Source of the DNA: Porphyridium purpureum
Lineage: Eukaryota
DNA length: 64,000 nucleotides
Reading direction: 5' to 3'
Assembly (NCBI GenBank): GCA_008690995.1
Contig: VRMN01000011.1
Coordinates: 62,001-126,000 of the forward strand
Shown in pieces: positions 41,580 through 51,752 of this stretch (the first letter of the stretch is position 1; each line of letters opens with the position of its first letter). Both the position numbers and the translations under genes were made by a program. The notes under the pieces were generated by a model. It did not search any database. It was not told the origin of the DNA and was given only the letters and a program-made list of their open reading frames with translations.

Positions 41580-43199
41580 TCATGCCTCCGGATACATTTT
41601 CTGGTGCGAATCAAATGAGAGCGCTTGTAAGTCCCTTTCAAGTTCCTCCGCCAGTTGGATCGCTCGTGTCGCGTTGGTTTCTACTTCAAACGTCTTATAT
41701 GTTGCTTCCTTGCTCAGCACGACAGTCCCCAATACCCGCGCAACATCATCTCTGTTGATGCGCCCTACCGTGCGATCGCCCTGCGAAAAGATCAGCCGAC
41801 TGCGTGCCATCTGAGTTTCGTCATTCAGCCCAGTGGGCCGAACAATGCAGTACGGAAGGCCAGATTGTCGCACAAAGTCCTCACCTTGTAGTTTGAAGCC
41901 GAGTATATTCCCTGGGTTGAGCGCAACAATGGGGATATTTGCGGCGCTCGCGTACGCGCGTTTCTCGTCTTCCGTCCAAAAAGGACGTGTTACGGCCGCG
42001 CTAGAAAGCACAACGACTCGTGGTGTGACCTTTTTGAAAGCACGGATGCTCTCGATCTCGAGCGCAAAAGAACCCTCTTCAAAGCTGGCGCTGGTCATGC
42101 CGCCTTCATCGAACTTGGAGTGCACGAGAGCGCAGGACATAATCTTGCTCACGTCCAGCGTATCTGAATACATCTTCGAACTGCCGTCATTTGAGAAGGC
42201 CAGATTTCCGCGACGGCTAGGAAGGAAGGTTTCAAAGGGCAGGCGAATCGTCTGCCACTCAGTTGACTTGACGGTGTCAAACGATACTTGGAAAACAAAC
42301 TCAGGCTCCATGGAGTTTTTCAGATTGATCTTGTACCGCTTTCCGTCCCCTCGCACGCGTAGCTCAAGGCCGTCATATCCCGTTAAATTGATCCCGCCTA
42401 GATTTGCGGCGCGAATTTGGCAGAACCCACCGTTATTCTCCGTCGTCACGACGCCTGAGAATACTCCAACTCGACTGGATCTCTCGCCCACAGAGATTTG
42501 GCGCAGCGCTGACTGGCTCCTGCCTCCCATGATTACATCGTCGAGCGGGCTGAACTTGGAAACGTCGCCAGCTCGGTTGAAATCAAACAGCATGCGAGAG
42601 CTGTTGGTCAACGAAGCACGAAACTTGCCGGAATGCTCAATGAGTGCGTCTACCAGTGTCTTCAAACCGTTGGCATCAACGTCCTGCGGACTCCTGGACC
42701 CGGCGACCCACACAACACAGTCTGGGTCGTGCTTTTTAATGAGCGCGACGACAGATGCCTTGTCAGTCACGTCGACATCTGCCAGAGTCAGTAAGGGAGA
42801 TTCGACTGATAGTGATGCTAGCACTCCTTTGCTCTCCAGCGATCCGGGCCGCGCCGCTGCTACCACCTGCAGCCCTTTGTTTTCCTCCAGCAAACGCACC
42901 ACACGCTGTCCAACTTTGCCGGACGCTCCAATCACGCACACCCTTCGCACCTCGTTCGACGAACCCGCTTTGGAAGACCCACTCATCGCCGGCAGCCGTG
43001 CCAGCTTCTTCAGCCCTTCCATCATCTGCTCGAGCACAGTTGACATGACCAAAGTGGAACGCGATGTGGTTGTCCGACCCACATCATGACGCCGCTTCTG
43101 CACGTGGCCACAAACTCCTTTCACTGAAGTACCGCACTGCCACCTTGTTCCCAAACGTCCATTATCACCGCACGCTGAGCCCACGAACGCGGTCTCCAT
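41580..43199 (-). CDS. Plastid NAD(P)-binding Rossmann protein with inserted CIA30 domain
   Basis: METAFV transit peptide, VIGASGKVG, DDVIMGGRSQS, NNGGF, RVRGDGKRYK, SGLPYCIVRP, INRDDVA. Confidence 0.88.
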   Translation of the reverse strand: METAFVGSACGDNGRLGTRWQCGTSVKGVCGHVQKRRHDVGRTTTSRSTLVMSTVLEQMMEGLKKLARLPAMSGSSKAGSSNEVRRVCVIGASGKVGQRVVRLLEENKGLQVVAAARPGSLESKGVLASLSVESPLLTLADVDVTDKASVVALIKKHDPDCVVWVAGSRSPQDVDANGLKTLVDALIEHSGKFRASLTNSSRMLFDFNRAGDVSKFSPLDDVIMGGRSQSALRQISVGERSSRVGVFSGVVTTENNGGFCQIRAANLGGINLTGYDGLELRVRGDGKRYKINLKNSMEPEFVFQVSFDTVKSTEWQTIRLPFETFLPSRRGNLAFSNDGSSKMYSDTLDVSKIMSCALVHSKFDEGGMTSASFEEGSFALEIESIRAFKKVTPRVVVLSSAAVTRPFWTEDEKRAYASAANIPIVALNPGNILGFKLQGEDFVRQSGLPYCIVRPTGLNDETQMARSRLIFSQGDRTVGRINRDDVARVLGTVVLSKEATYKTFEVETNATRAIQLAEELERDLQALSFDSHQKMYPEA

Positions 43200-43312
43200 G
43201 CCTAAAGTGTTCAGCCTTCCTACACTTTATCGCGCGGCAACGTGGATGTTCGGCTTCGACGATCTGTCACATCTTCCATCTGTCCGACTTGCCCTCCCAG
43301 CTCTCGAACGTA

Positions 43313-43384
43313 AACGGTTCAACAGCTTAAGAGCTTGACGGTTTAACAGCTTGACGGTTTAACAGCTTAACAGCTTGACGGTTC
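43313..43384. repeat. Degenerate 8-bp tandem array (AACAGCTT/GACGGTTT) x9
   Basis: aacggttc aacagctt aagagctt gacggttt aacagctt gacggttt aacagctt aacagctt gacggttc, in a divergent intergenic region. Confidence 0.9.
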
Positions 43385-43546
43385 ATCGGAGAATCCGACC
43401 TAGTTGGAAGCCGAAGAGCAGCAGGCGGGGACAATTGAGAGAAGGACGAACGCGACGCCCGATTCGCTCAAGTGCATCGGTTTGTACCACGCGCGTGATC
43501 CTTTCGCACAGTTTCGCACCAGTCTGAAGCGCAGAAGATCGGGGAG

Positions 43547-43744
43547 ATGAGCAACATGGACGAAGCGACAGCGAGTGAGCAGCTGATAGCGCTGGGAGTG
43601 GGACTGATGGTTGCGTTGATGATGATGGTGGGCATGTATTTTTCTGGCGTGACTTGGAACCGCGCGACAGTGTTTGCTGAGCAGTATAATGATACGATGG
43701 TTGTAGAGGAGGACGATCACGGTCGCGGGAACAAAACGGATTGA
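43547..43744 (+). CDS. Small single-pass membrane protein (65 aa)
   Basis: ATG ORF with one clear TM helix (LIALGVGLMVALMMMVGMYF) and an acidic tail; fills an otherwise empty gap. Confidence 0.5.
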   Translation: MSNMDEATASEQLIALGVGLMVALMMMVGMYFSGVTWNRATVFAEQYNDTMVVEEDDHGRGNKTD

Positions 43745-43834
43745 AACGCGACATAAATCGCTCTGTTGCTTCTTTGCCCTTCCAGGCCAGCTCGAAAGGT
43801 TTGTACATAGATAAGTAGACTGCTATTTATTTCA

Positions 43835-44950
43835 TCAAGAGCCGCCTGGTTTTCGAGCGACTACCACGAAATGTGCAGACATGCCCAGAAGCGATGGTTC
43901 GGATTCTAGCCTCCGTAGGATCTGCAAGAGAAATGCGCGGCGATCGTGCTCATGCCAACCGTCTTGCAGGTCCTGCAGAAGCCACATGGGCCCTTCGATG
44001 GCAATCATGCTGACCACCTCGAAGCCGGCATCCATCACTTCGGCCCGGAGCTGGTTCGGCTTGTACGTAAAGCAGGACGTGAACTGAGACGCTGAAGGTG
44101 GGTTGTCGCCGGCTCTATTGCCACCTGACTGGTGATCTCTCGGTACATGCTGTCCGTGCTCCAGCTCGGCCACTAGAGCACTCGATTGCACCACGTCGTC
44201 CATCACCGCGTCGGAGAACAGTGTGGACATGAGCATGGCGAAGCGACTCATACAGACTGCAAAGAGTGTTCCGCCGGGCACCAGCACGCGCCATGCCTCA
44301 ACCAGCACCCTCCGCCTCGCATCACGGCGCGTCAGGTGCTGCAATCCTGCCGCGCCATGGAGCAGGACAAACTGAGCACTTTCTGAAACCCGAGGCATGT
44401 GGATCCCATCGCCGTGCTTCACTACAGCACGACTGCCCAGGGCTTCTCTCTTGTCGTCGACCAGATTCTGCGCGATCGCAACATTTCGTTCGCACGGATC
44501 AACCAGAATCACATCGAGATGGCTACATAGTAGCGCCACGAAAACACCGTGCGCACCATTGCCACACCCTATGTCCAAAAACGCGCCGGAGGAGCCTGTC
44601 GGCCGACGCGATGAGCGCGCGACCCCATCATAACCTACTTGGCGATTGACATAACGAGCTAGAACTTCCCTCACTCGCAGCGTCTCCAGCTGTTCGTATG
44701 CGGACAGACTCTCCAGCGATTTGGGCTCGGGCCGAGCAATCGACTCGTAGTATCGCAACACGTCGACAGGAATGGTGAAGGAGTTCGGTTCGGTCAGGCT
44801 CGAGTCCACTGCTGCAGAATCGTCCTCCGCCGGTTCGAAATCTGAGTCGACTTCGCCGACTCCCACCAAGTCCTGAAAATTGTTGCTGGGCTCCGGAGGC
44901 GGCGGCGCGATCTGCAAAGGTCCCCTGACCCCTGTCGGGATGTTGCCCAT
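43835..44950 (-). CDS. Class I SAM-dependent methyltransferase, bacterial-like core
   Basis: FLDIGCGNG, VLVEAWRVLVPGG, AGFEV....IEGP.W, LESEPSLLGMSAH; MGN start. Confidence 0.85.
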   Translation of the reverse strand: MGNIPTGVRGPLQIAPPPPEPSNNFQDLVGVGEVDSDFEPAEDDSAAVDSSLTEPNSFTIPVDVLRYYESIARPEPKSLESLSAYEQLETLRVREVLARYVNRQVGYDGVARSSRRPTGSSGAFLDIGCGNGAHGVFVALLCSHLDVILVDPCERNVAIAQNLVDDKREALGSRAVVKHGDGIHMPRVSESAQFVLLHGAAGLQHLTRRDARRRVLVEAWRVLVPGGTLFAVCMSRFAMLMSTLFSDAVMDDVVQSSALVAELEHGQHVPRDHQSGGNRAGDNPPSASQFTSCFTYKPNQLRAEVMDAGFEVVSMIAIEGPMWLLQDLQDGWHEHDRRAFLLQILRRLESEPSLLGMSAHFVVVARKPGGS

Positions 44951-45794
44951 GGGCTCTGTCCGCTCAGTTCGGGGATGGATGCGATTTGTTCACGCCGGGG
45001 CGCCAAGTAAAGGCCTGCAGGCGGCCTCGGAAAGCCAGTCGAAGTCGCCCAGTAGGCGCAAACAAGAGAAATCATGGAAGCAAGAGCGGGCGGAGCTGCG
45101 TCGAAATAAGTTGCTGCACAAGTGGAGCATCGACGATTGGGCCGAAGATGCGTACATGCCAGAGATGTATCTGCGTCGGAGCCGTATGTGTAATGCCGTG
45201 ACCCTTCTTCGGCGGGCCGAGTCCAAGTACGGCGACGTGCCGCGCACCTTTCAGGCCGACTCGATGGCGAAGTACTTGCATGAAATCATGCGCAGCGGCG
45301 CTCCTCGCGCAATTCCGACGGCCAAGTGGCTAGACAATCCGCTCCAAGATACTTCTGAGGAAGCGTACGTATACGGCCTCCTCCACCCATCTCACCGAAT
45401 GTGGAGGGAAATGACGGACAATGATTTCAAGGATGAGAGAAAGCTCTCTGAACTCGCATCCAAGCTCATCGCACTTCATGAGCGGCAGGTAAGACAAGCG
45501 CTCGCACGCGAGCAAAAGGACAAGGAGAACGACTGGCACGAATCGCCGCTCGATCCCGTAAGTTTTCATGGAATTGCGGAGATGCTCGTCTCAGTGGAGA
45601 AAAAGCAGCCGAAGACTGCAGATGAATCAAGGAGCAAGCGGGGCAAAAAGGTAGCATCAGCAAAGACAGACCCTCTTGCAGGCTTTTCGAGAGGTCGGAC
45701 TCGCCAGCTGTTCTTGCGTGTTCTGGGATCGGCGGTCTGCGAGTCTTTCCATCCCAGCAACGCCCGTGACGGTCAGAACGAGCAATCTGAATAA
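44949..45794 (+). CDS. Hypothetical protein, possibly mitochondrial
   Basis: Open frame with ATGs at 44940, 44949 and 44979; Arg/Ser-rich N-terminus; helical charged body; stop followed by a T-rich 3' region. Confidence 0.6.
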   Translation: MGSVRSVRGWMRFVHAGAPSKGLQAASESQSKSPSRRKQEKSWKQERAELRRNKLLHKWSIDDWAEDAYMPEMYLRRSRMCNAVTLLRRAESKYGDVPRTFQADSMAKYLHEIMRSGAPRAIPTAKWLDNPLQDTSEEAYVYGLLHPSHRMWREMTDNDFKDERKLSELASKLIALHERQVRQALAREQKDKENDWHESPLDPVSFHGIAEMLVSVEKKQPKTADESRSKRGKKVASAKTDPLAGFSRGRTRQLFLRVLGSAVCESFHPSNARDGQNEQSE

Positions 45795-45921
45795 CGCACT
45801 CCAGGGCGTGTGATTCAGACTTCGCTTTTTTTTCTTCTTTCTTCTTTCTTCTTTTTTTGGGTTTTGGCAAGAGGGAAGAAAAATTTATTCAAGGGCTGTG
45901 TCTCCATCCCGCGCCTGTATT

Positions 45922-46377
45922 CTAGAGCTGCAACATGCAAATCTTAATGCCTTCAAGCAGAAGGTCGACGCGCTCGGACTCGCAGTGGAGCTCCTGGCAC
46001 GACTTGTTTCCTCTTTCGATGGCATTCCGAAGACGCGCTGTGACGGCAATGAGGCTTTCGGCGAGCGCGGCGGCCAGTCCCGTGCGATCACTGTGCAGTG
46101 TCGAGCACGTCTGCGCACGGAGCGTCCACTTTGCTAGCTCCTCCTTGAGCAGTTCGCGATGTGATACGCCAATTTGAGGAAGCGTCTTGTTTCCACCCTG
46201 CTTGGTGTTTTGGGCCATTCCCAACTCGTTCAGCAAGGCGTAAATCTGAATCATACATACATCAAACGCACATGCACGCGCGCGTCGGAGCTCAGCCGAC
46301 ATGGTGGCCCGACATGCAGTCGTAGTGCATTGTTCACAATGCACCGCCAGCTTGCACATGACCTGTTTCTTCTGCAT
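45922..46377 (-). CDS. Possible hypothetical protein
   Basis: 151-aa ATG ORF with helical character in an otherwise empty gap; no motif recognised. Confidence 0.3.
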   Translation of the reverse strand: MQKKQVMCKLAVHCEQCTTTACRATMSAELRRARACAFDVCMIQIYALLNELGMAQNTKQGGNKTLPQIGVSHRELLKEELAKWTLRAQTCSTLHSDRTGLAAALAESLIAVTARLRNAIERGNKSCQELHCESERVDLLLEGIKICMLQL

Positions 46378-46895
46378 TCTTCCACTCGTCTTTCTCGTGG
46401 ACCAGAGACCTTTTGCACGTTCGAAAATGAAATGGAAGCCAGGATGGAGTCACACGCGCAGTAAACTTGTTGGTTGCGCGAGGCAGTTGACTGTGGATAT
46501 ACGAGCGCTCCCACTCTCGTCCAATCACCGCACCACGCCGCACGCGTTCTGCATTATATCTTGTTCGGCGCCTGTCGACGCCGTGATGCGCACGACCTTG
46601 TAGTTGCGCAAGCACTTTCTCGGAGTCTTACGATACGCCGCGGCGGCAGATGCGACATGACTAGCTCAGGCTTTCTTCTTTCACACCAAGCTTGCGTTGC
46701 ATTCTACTTCGAAGGACCAGACCACTCATCGTGTGGGACAAGTCGAGTCAAGTCTCATCCCGGCAAGCGGTCGCAGCTCATCCGCGGTCGAGCTTTTCTT
46801 TTGAATTTGAATGTGCGCCTCAGCAGATTGGGAGTCTTGAAGACCGATAGAAACAGAGGACGCGGTGAGTTGAATGGGGAGCGCCAGCTTGTGCG

Positions 46896-48587
46896 ATGAT
46901 GGACGATCGGTCAGACAGTGACTTTGAGTGTCCGACACAGCGCACGGGCCTAGGCGCCTCGCGGTATTTGTCTCAAGGGAATTCTGGATTACAGGCGAAG
47001 GAAAACACGTCTTGGAATAATCTTTGTCAGCCGCCAGAGCCCGGTCTCGGTCGGGCAAAAAGAGTGATCTCTCCTGTGTGCACTGCTCCGAATGATATGC
47101 TCGCGTCGGTGCCGCCAGTTGCCCGCCAGTTTTTTGACGTGGCAATCCGGCGGAGCGGAGCGCGGAGCGATATGGCCACACAACGAACAAACTCGATCAG
47201 GAGGGAGGGAAAGACTCGCGTGGAAGTTGCTCGTGGCGCCGCCGGCTTTGTGAGACAAAATCAAGCAATGTGTGAGAAGCTGGACCTGACGTTCTGCGGG
47301 AGCTCTTCGTCCAAATGGGATGTGGACGTGGATTTGGATGGACCAGAGCCGGAAATTGCCCTGTCACATAGACATGAAATCACTGAACAAGAACGCAGCC
47401 ACTTTGCGGACATGCCTATCCTTAGCTTGACTGCTGCTGCTCCCCGAACCGGCAGAGGTGGGGATGCTGCGTTTATCACTGTTTCAGAAGATGAGAATAC
47501 TAACAACGTCTGCGCAGCAGTGGACCTGGTCTCCGAGACGGAATCAGAAGCATCATACGAAACAGATGGCGAATTCGAGCATGCTATGCGGTGCCGCGAA
47601 CTTGAAGCACCTCGAAAGCATGCTCCTTTGCGTGATTCAAACGCTGAAGCTGCATTAGCCAGCATCGGTAGCGTATCACCCTCGGCAACCGTAAGCCTTG
47701 AAAATGGCCAACACGTGGTGGCGGCGTGCCAGACGTCCGAACCCAACGTGCACGTGCGGAGAAAGTATGCAAAAGAGTACTTTGGTTGCTATCTTATCCA
47801 GAGCTACTCAAGCAAGCGCTACTCGAAGAATCGCACCTATATCGGCTTCACGAACGACGTCGTGCGAAGACTCAAGCAACACAATGGACTCATTTCTGGT
47901 GGCGCGAAGAAGACGACCGCTCACCGGCCTTGGCGTCTGATTTGTATTATTGTTGGCTTTTCACACAAACAGGCCGGCTTGCAGTTTGAATGGGCGTGGC
48001 AGCATCCGGCCGACTCGATCAAATTTGACGAGGCCAGCGCACTAGCTGGATCGAGACTAGTGCCCGCTGCACCCCAAGGGCAAAGGTCGTGGGGTAACTC
48101 GCGTTGGATGCGGTCACAGTGCATCGGCGTTCCACGGCGTCTAGAAATCCTTGCGGCGTTGCTGCAGTCTTCGGCGTGGAACTGCGTGCCATTGGACATT
48201 TTCTGGAGAGACGAGGTGTTTAAGGAACACTTTTCGCGCACCGCTTCCAATGTGCCGTCCGATATTGAGCATCGACTGGTTGCCAGCGAACACGAGGTGC
48301 ACGATCCTGTCATGCACGAATATAGGGAGGAAGGACGTGAGTATAACGGGGGTATGCCGTGCGCAGTATGCTCGGAAAAGGCTCTGGTTCTGATGCGCAC
48401 GCCGTGCTGCGCCGCGTTGGTGCACGGTAGGTGTCTGGCTCGCGCGATCTGTGCCAAGCTGGGGACACAACACCGCTTGGTCCCAGCGATGAGTGACGCG
48501 CTTGGCTTCTTGCCCTGTTCACAATGCAGTACCGGTCGGCAGTCGCGGTGGGCCGGATTTACGCGCGAACGCGTCCATTTCCGGTAG
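46896..48587 (+). CDS. SLX1: Structure-specific endonuclease SLX1 (GIY-YIG plus RING/PHD)
   Basis: GCYLIQS, TYIGFT, RRLKQHNG, GGAKKT..RPW, FEWAWQHP, C-terminal CAVC..CC..H..C..CSQC. Confidence 0.9.
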   Translation: MMDDRSDSDFECPTQRTGLGASRYLSQGNSGLQAKENTSWNNLCQPPEPGLGRAKRVISPVCTAPNDMLASVPPVARQFFDVAIRRSGARSDMATQRTNSIRREGKTRVEVARGAAGFVRQNQAMCEKLDLTFCGSSSSKWDVDVDLDGPEPEIALSHRHEITEQERSHFADMPILSLTAAAPRTGRGGDAAFITVSEDENTNNVCAAVDLVSETESEASYETDGEFEHAMRCRELEAPRKHAPLRDSNAEAALASIGSVSPSATVSLENGQHVVAACQTSEPNVHVRRKYAKEYFGCYLIQSYSSKRYSKNRTYIGFTNDVVRRLKQHNGLISGGAKKTTAHRPWRLICIIVGFSHKQAGLQFEWAWQHPADSIKFDEASALAGSRLVPAAPQGQRSWGNSRWMRSQCIGVPRRLEILAALLQSSAWNCVPLDIFWRDEVFKEHFSRTASNVPSDIEHRLVASEHEVHDPVMHEYREEGREYNGGMPCAVCSEKALVLMRTPCCAALVHGRCLARAICAKLGTQHRLVPAMSDALGFLPCSQCSTGRQSRWAGFTRERVHFR

Positions 48588-48656
48588 GAAGAAAACGCTG
48601 ATAGACAAAGAGACTTGAAGGAAAGTGCGTCTTCTGGACGCCGCGAGTTTGATGGA

Positions 48657-49043
48657 TCAACCAATAAAGTTGAGAACGGTCATATGTAGAACCAGGTTGG
48701 CAAAGAGCCAATCGGCGACGACGCGGCCTAGCGTGAGCGACTGCCACGAGTTAGCCGGGTCAGCCAGATTTTGCGGATTCACTTGCATGCGTAAGCTCAC
48801 CGTGAGCACAAAGGTCCCTACCGTTGAGATAAATCCAGCCAGAAACGCGTTGAACGGAAAGGTCCCCACGACCATACAATACGCAAACTGCACAATGCCT
48901 GTCATAAACACGGCTAGAATATACGCGTCGATCACCTTGAGGTACAACGGCACCCCTGCTTCATACCCACTCTTCAAGGAACCCCACACGGACTTTGGCC
49001 CGGACCCAGATCCCGATCCTGAAGACACCGACGACGACGCCAT
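48657..49043 (-). CDS. DAD1: Oligosaccharyltransferase subunit DAD1/OST2
   Basis: LKVIDAY, QFAYC..VGTFPFNAFLAGFISTVG.FVL..SLRMQ, LH..VLNFIG. Confidence 0.96.
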   Translation of the reverse strand: MASSSVSSGSGSGSGPKSVWGSLKSGYEAGVPLYLKVIDAYILAVFMTGIVQFAYCMVVGTFPFNAFLAGFISTVGTFVLTVSLRMQVNPQNLADPANSWQSLTLGRVVADWLFANLVLHMTVLNFIG

Positions 49044-49597
49044 GTCCGTAGCTATCCTTGACCATCCACGTGAACACTATTCCGTCACAGGTCGCTGCGA
49101 GCCCACCTCGCCATCCACCACGCGCTCTACCATCTGCTCTCGCCTTTCCGACTCTTCTGCGTTTTCGGTTTAACAGTTTATCCTCTGATTTTCCTGTTAA
49201 AAGACACCTTTTTTTACTGCGAAACGCCTTGCGCCCTTTTGTTTGAAACCGGTAAACCGTCTACTGGCAAGTACAGCGAATGTACAGTCAGCAGACCGGA
49301 CAGAAGACCGTACCTCTGACTGTACCTTGGTCGGTGGGTTTTTGTTTTCGACCACTGCGCGTGCGCGTCCCCGTTGCGCTGAGAGAATTTGAGGGACGAA
49401 GGCGCAGAGGCGGAAGGAACAACGGGAGTGAAGTGCGCGGGTTGGTACGGAGACAGACTTCGCTGCGTCGCCGCGCGCACGTGGAAATAGCACGGCGAGT
49501 TGTGGCGCTGCGTATCTTCCGCAATTGGTGACTGGAGGCGGCTGGCTTCGCTGCGTGCGTCGCATTCCGGGTGGTGGTGGGTTGGAAAGCATCGAAG

Positions 49598-50980
49598 ATG
49601 GAAATGGCGTTTGTTGGCCTCGCGAACGCGGCTGGACGTGTGGATAGATGGCGTCCGAATGGCGAAATACCGGCACGAAGGTGTGGATGCGTGCGAGGTG
49701 TGGTGAGTATGTGCGCTGTGACACAGTCTGGGAACCATGGGAAGAGTAATAAGAGGAGAAATGAGGAGCTGTTGGAGGCGTTCATGAAAAGCGCGCCGGT
49801 TGGTGATGCGCCGACTGCCCAGTCGCGGGTGGAGAATTCTGGGGACATGTTGGATTGGAATGAAGGAGAGGCCGGGAACGGCGGCGCGCGCCGAAGCAAA
49901 GAACGCACCGCTTCTGTGCAACCACGCGCGCGTCGTTCCGAGACCGAAACGCGCGTACCGCGTGAAAGCTCGCGGCCAACGCAGACAAGGCCTGCAGAAA
50001 TGCTGACAAGCGAGGATTCCAGCGATGATGAGACCGAAGATGTTCAGAGCGCGAAGGTATCTCCCCTCTCCGACGAATCGCCGCAGGATTTTAATAGGCA
50101 TCTTCATGCTGATTTGGACGGCGATGGAACGCAGGAGGAGGAATTGAACACTGAGACGATACCGCAAAGGCGCATACAGCAGAGTGGTACCTCGTCTGCG
50201 GGTGCAATCCCGCTTCGGCGCAAGGCTCGAACCACACCCCCGGCATTTGAGTCAGCGGCTTCTCGTCGTACGGAGCTCTCCCGTCAAGACAATTCGTTTC
50301 TGTTCTCGGAGGATGGTGCTCGTGACAGTGGGCGCGGCGCTTCGCGAGAGCGCACGCTCAAGTACCCTGAACGGAAGACGCGGATGATGGATCTGACGAC
50401 ACGCCGCACGACCGTGGAGAAGCTGGGTCTCGAGCGTGGTGTACCCGTGGAGGTGTACGTGGAACGGCTCACTCCACTGGGTGCGCGTGTGGCCGTGTCC
50501 GTGCCCGCAGAAAAACGTGCCACACTGAATGTGGACGACGACTTTCCGAGCGGAGTGTGGGTCGAGGGCGCGCTGTTCAAGACCAATCTCGATGCCCACA
50601 ACAAGCAAGTAGCTCCTGGCGATGTGTTTGAGGCGTTTGTGGGCTCCGTGCGTGAGGATGGTTTGCTGGACATCAGTCTGGAAATGTGGGGCGCGAATGG
50701 GCGCTCTGATGCCATGGAGCGCATTCGTGAGCTCATTCGTGAACACGGCGGGCAGCTGCCAATCACTGACAAGGCGGACGCAGAGGAAATACGGGCGCTG
50801 GTCAACATGCCAAAGCGCAAGTTTAAGCTGGCGGTAGGCGGCTTGCTAAAGAACTGCGAGATTGTGATCAGCCCGGAGGGCATTCGCGGCACAGACCTCA
50901 TGGGCAAAATCAATAGCGAAGCTGCGCCGTCGAGACGACCAGCCCAAAAGAAGGGAGGGCCGAAAGGTCAAAGTGCGTAG
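49598..50980 (+). CDS. Plastid-targeted CvfB/YitL-like S1 plus winged-helix RNA-binding protein
   Basis: MAFV transit peptide, S1-like GDVFEAFVGSVREDGLLDISL, WH-like GQLPITDKADAEEI...NMPKRKFKLAVGGLLK. Confidence 0.78.
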   Translation: MEMAFVGLANAAGRVDRWRPNGEIPARRCGCVRGVVSMCAVTQSGNHGKSNKRRNEELLEAFMKSAPVGDAPTAQSRVENSGDMLDWNEGEAGNGGARRSKERTASVQPRARRSETETRVPRESSRPTQTRPAEMLTSEDSSDDETEDVQSAKVSPLSDESPQDFNRHLHADLDGDGTQEEELNTETIPQRRIQQSGTSSAGAIPLRRKARTTPPAFESAASRRTELSRQDNSFLFSEDGARDSGRGASRERTLKYPERKTRMMDLTTRRTTVEKLGLERGVPVEVYVERLTPLGARVAVSVPAEKRATLNVDDDFPSGVWVEGALFKTNLDAHNKQVAPGDVFEAFVGSVREDGLLDISLEMWGANGRSDAMERIRELIREHGGQLPITDKADAEEIRALVNMPKRKFKLAVGGLLKNCEIVISPEGIRGTDLMGKINSEAAPSRRPAQKKGGPKGQSA

Positions 50981-51356
50981 TGACGGTGCCAGGAACCTTT
51001 CTAAAGTACTTCCCACAGCCCTTGAAGTCAAGCTCGACCGCACCCACAGTGTCAGTCTCAGTATGACAAAAAAATTCATTCATTTTATGGCTATGCTTAC
51101 TCTGCAACTCTGTATCTCCTCTACACACTGAAACCGCAACTCGGTCCCAAGAGAGCTCGGAGCACGGTGTTGCCCCCTTGTACGCTCGCTCAGACGTTCT
51201 TCTCTTCTGCCAAATACGCATGGACACATACACAGTTTTAGTTCAGGCCCCCCTTGTCTGTTCATTACCACTCCCCTCGTCTTGCCCAAAAGAGTGCTCG
51301 TACGCGCGTGCGGTGGACTCGTTCCCTCAACGTGTTCGCTTGTTCTACGCGGTGCT

Positions 51357-51752
51357 CTAGATGCCGTGCACCTTGATCATCTTCTTGTCGGCAATCTCCT
51401 CCTCGACCAGGAACTTGCGCACATTCTCGCGCTGGTCCCCCTGCAACTGAATCACTCGGCCCAGAGTCGCGTCCTCCACCACATTACCATTACAGCAAAA
51501 CTCCTTTTTGAACGCCTTCATAAGCTTCTCCAGGTCGAGCTTCTTGTCGAGCCCCTGGATAGTGGTGAGGCTCTTCCTTCCGTTCCTCTGCTGGATGCGC
51601 AAGTGAATCAGGTTACTCTTCTTGGCGGTTACCCCTGCGGCTCCTCCACCATTTGCATTCGCCGGCGCGACCCCGTTGTCGTCCGCAAGCTCAGCATCCG
51701 CAAACGGATCGAAATGTCCAGCCGGCACAAACTCCTCGTTCATAAGACTCAT
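51357..51752 (-). CDS. SUI1: Translation initiation factor eIF1
   Basis: FDPFADA, IHLRIQQRNGRKSLTTIQG, FKKEFCCNG, IQLQGDQR, IKVHG. Confidence 0.97.
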   Translation of the reverse strand: MSLMNEEFVPAGHFDPFADAELADDNGVAPANANGGGAAGVTAKKSNLIHLRIQQRNGRKSLTTIQGLDKKLDLEKLMKAFKKEFCCNGNVVEDATLGRVIQLQGDQRENVRKFLVEEEIADKKMIKVHGI

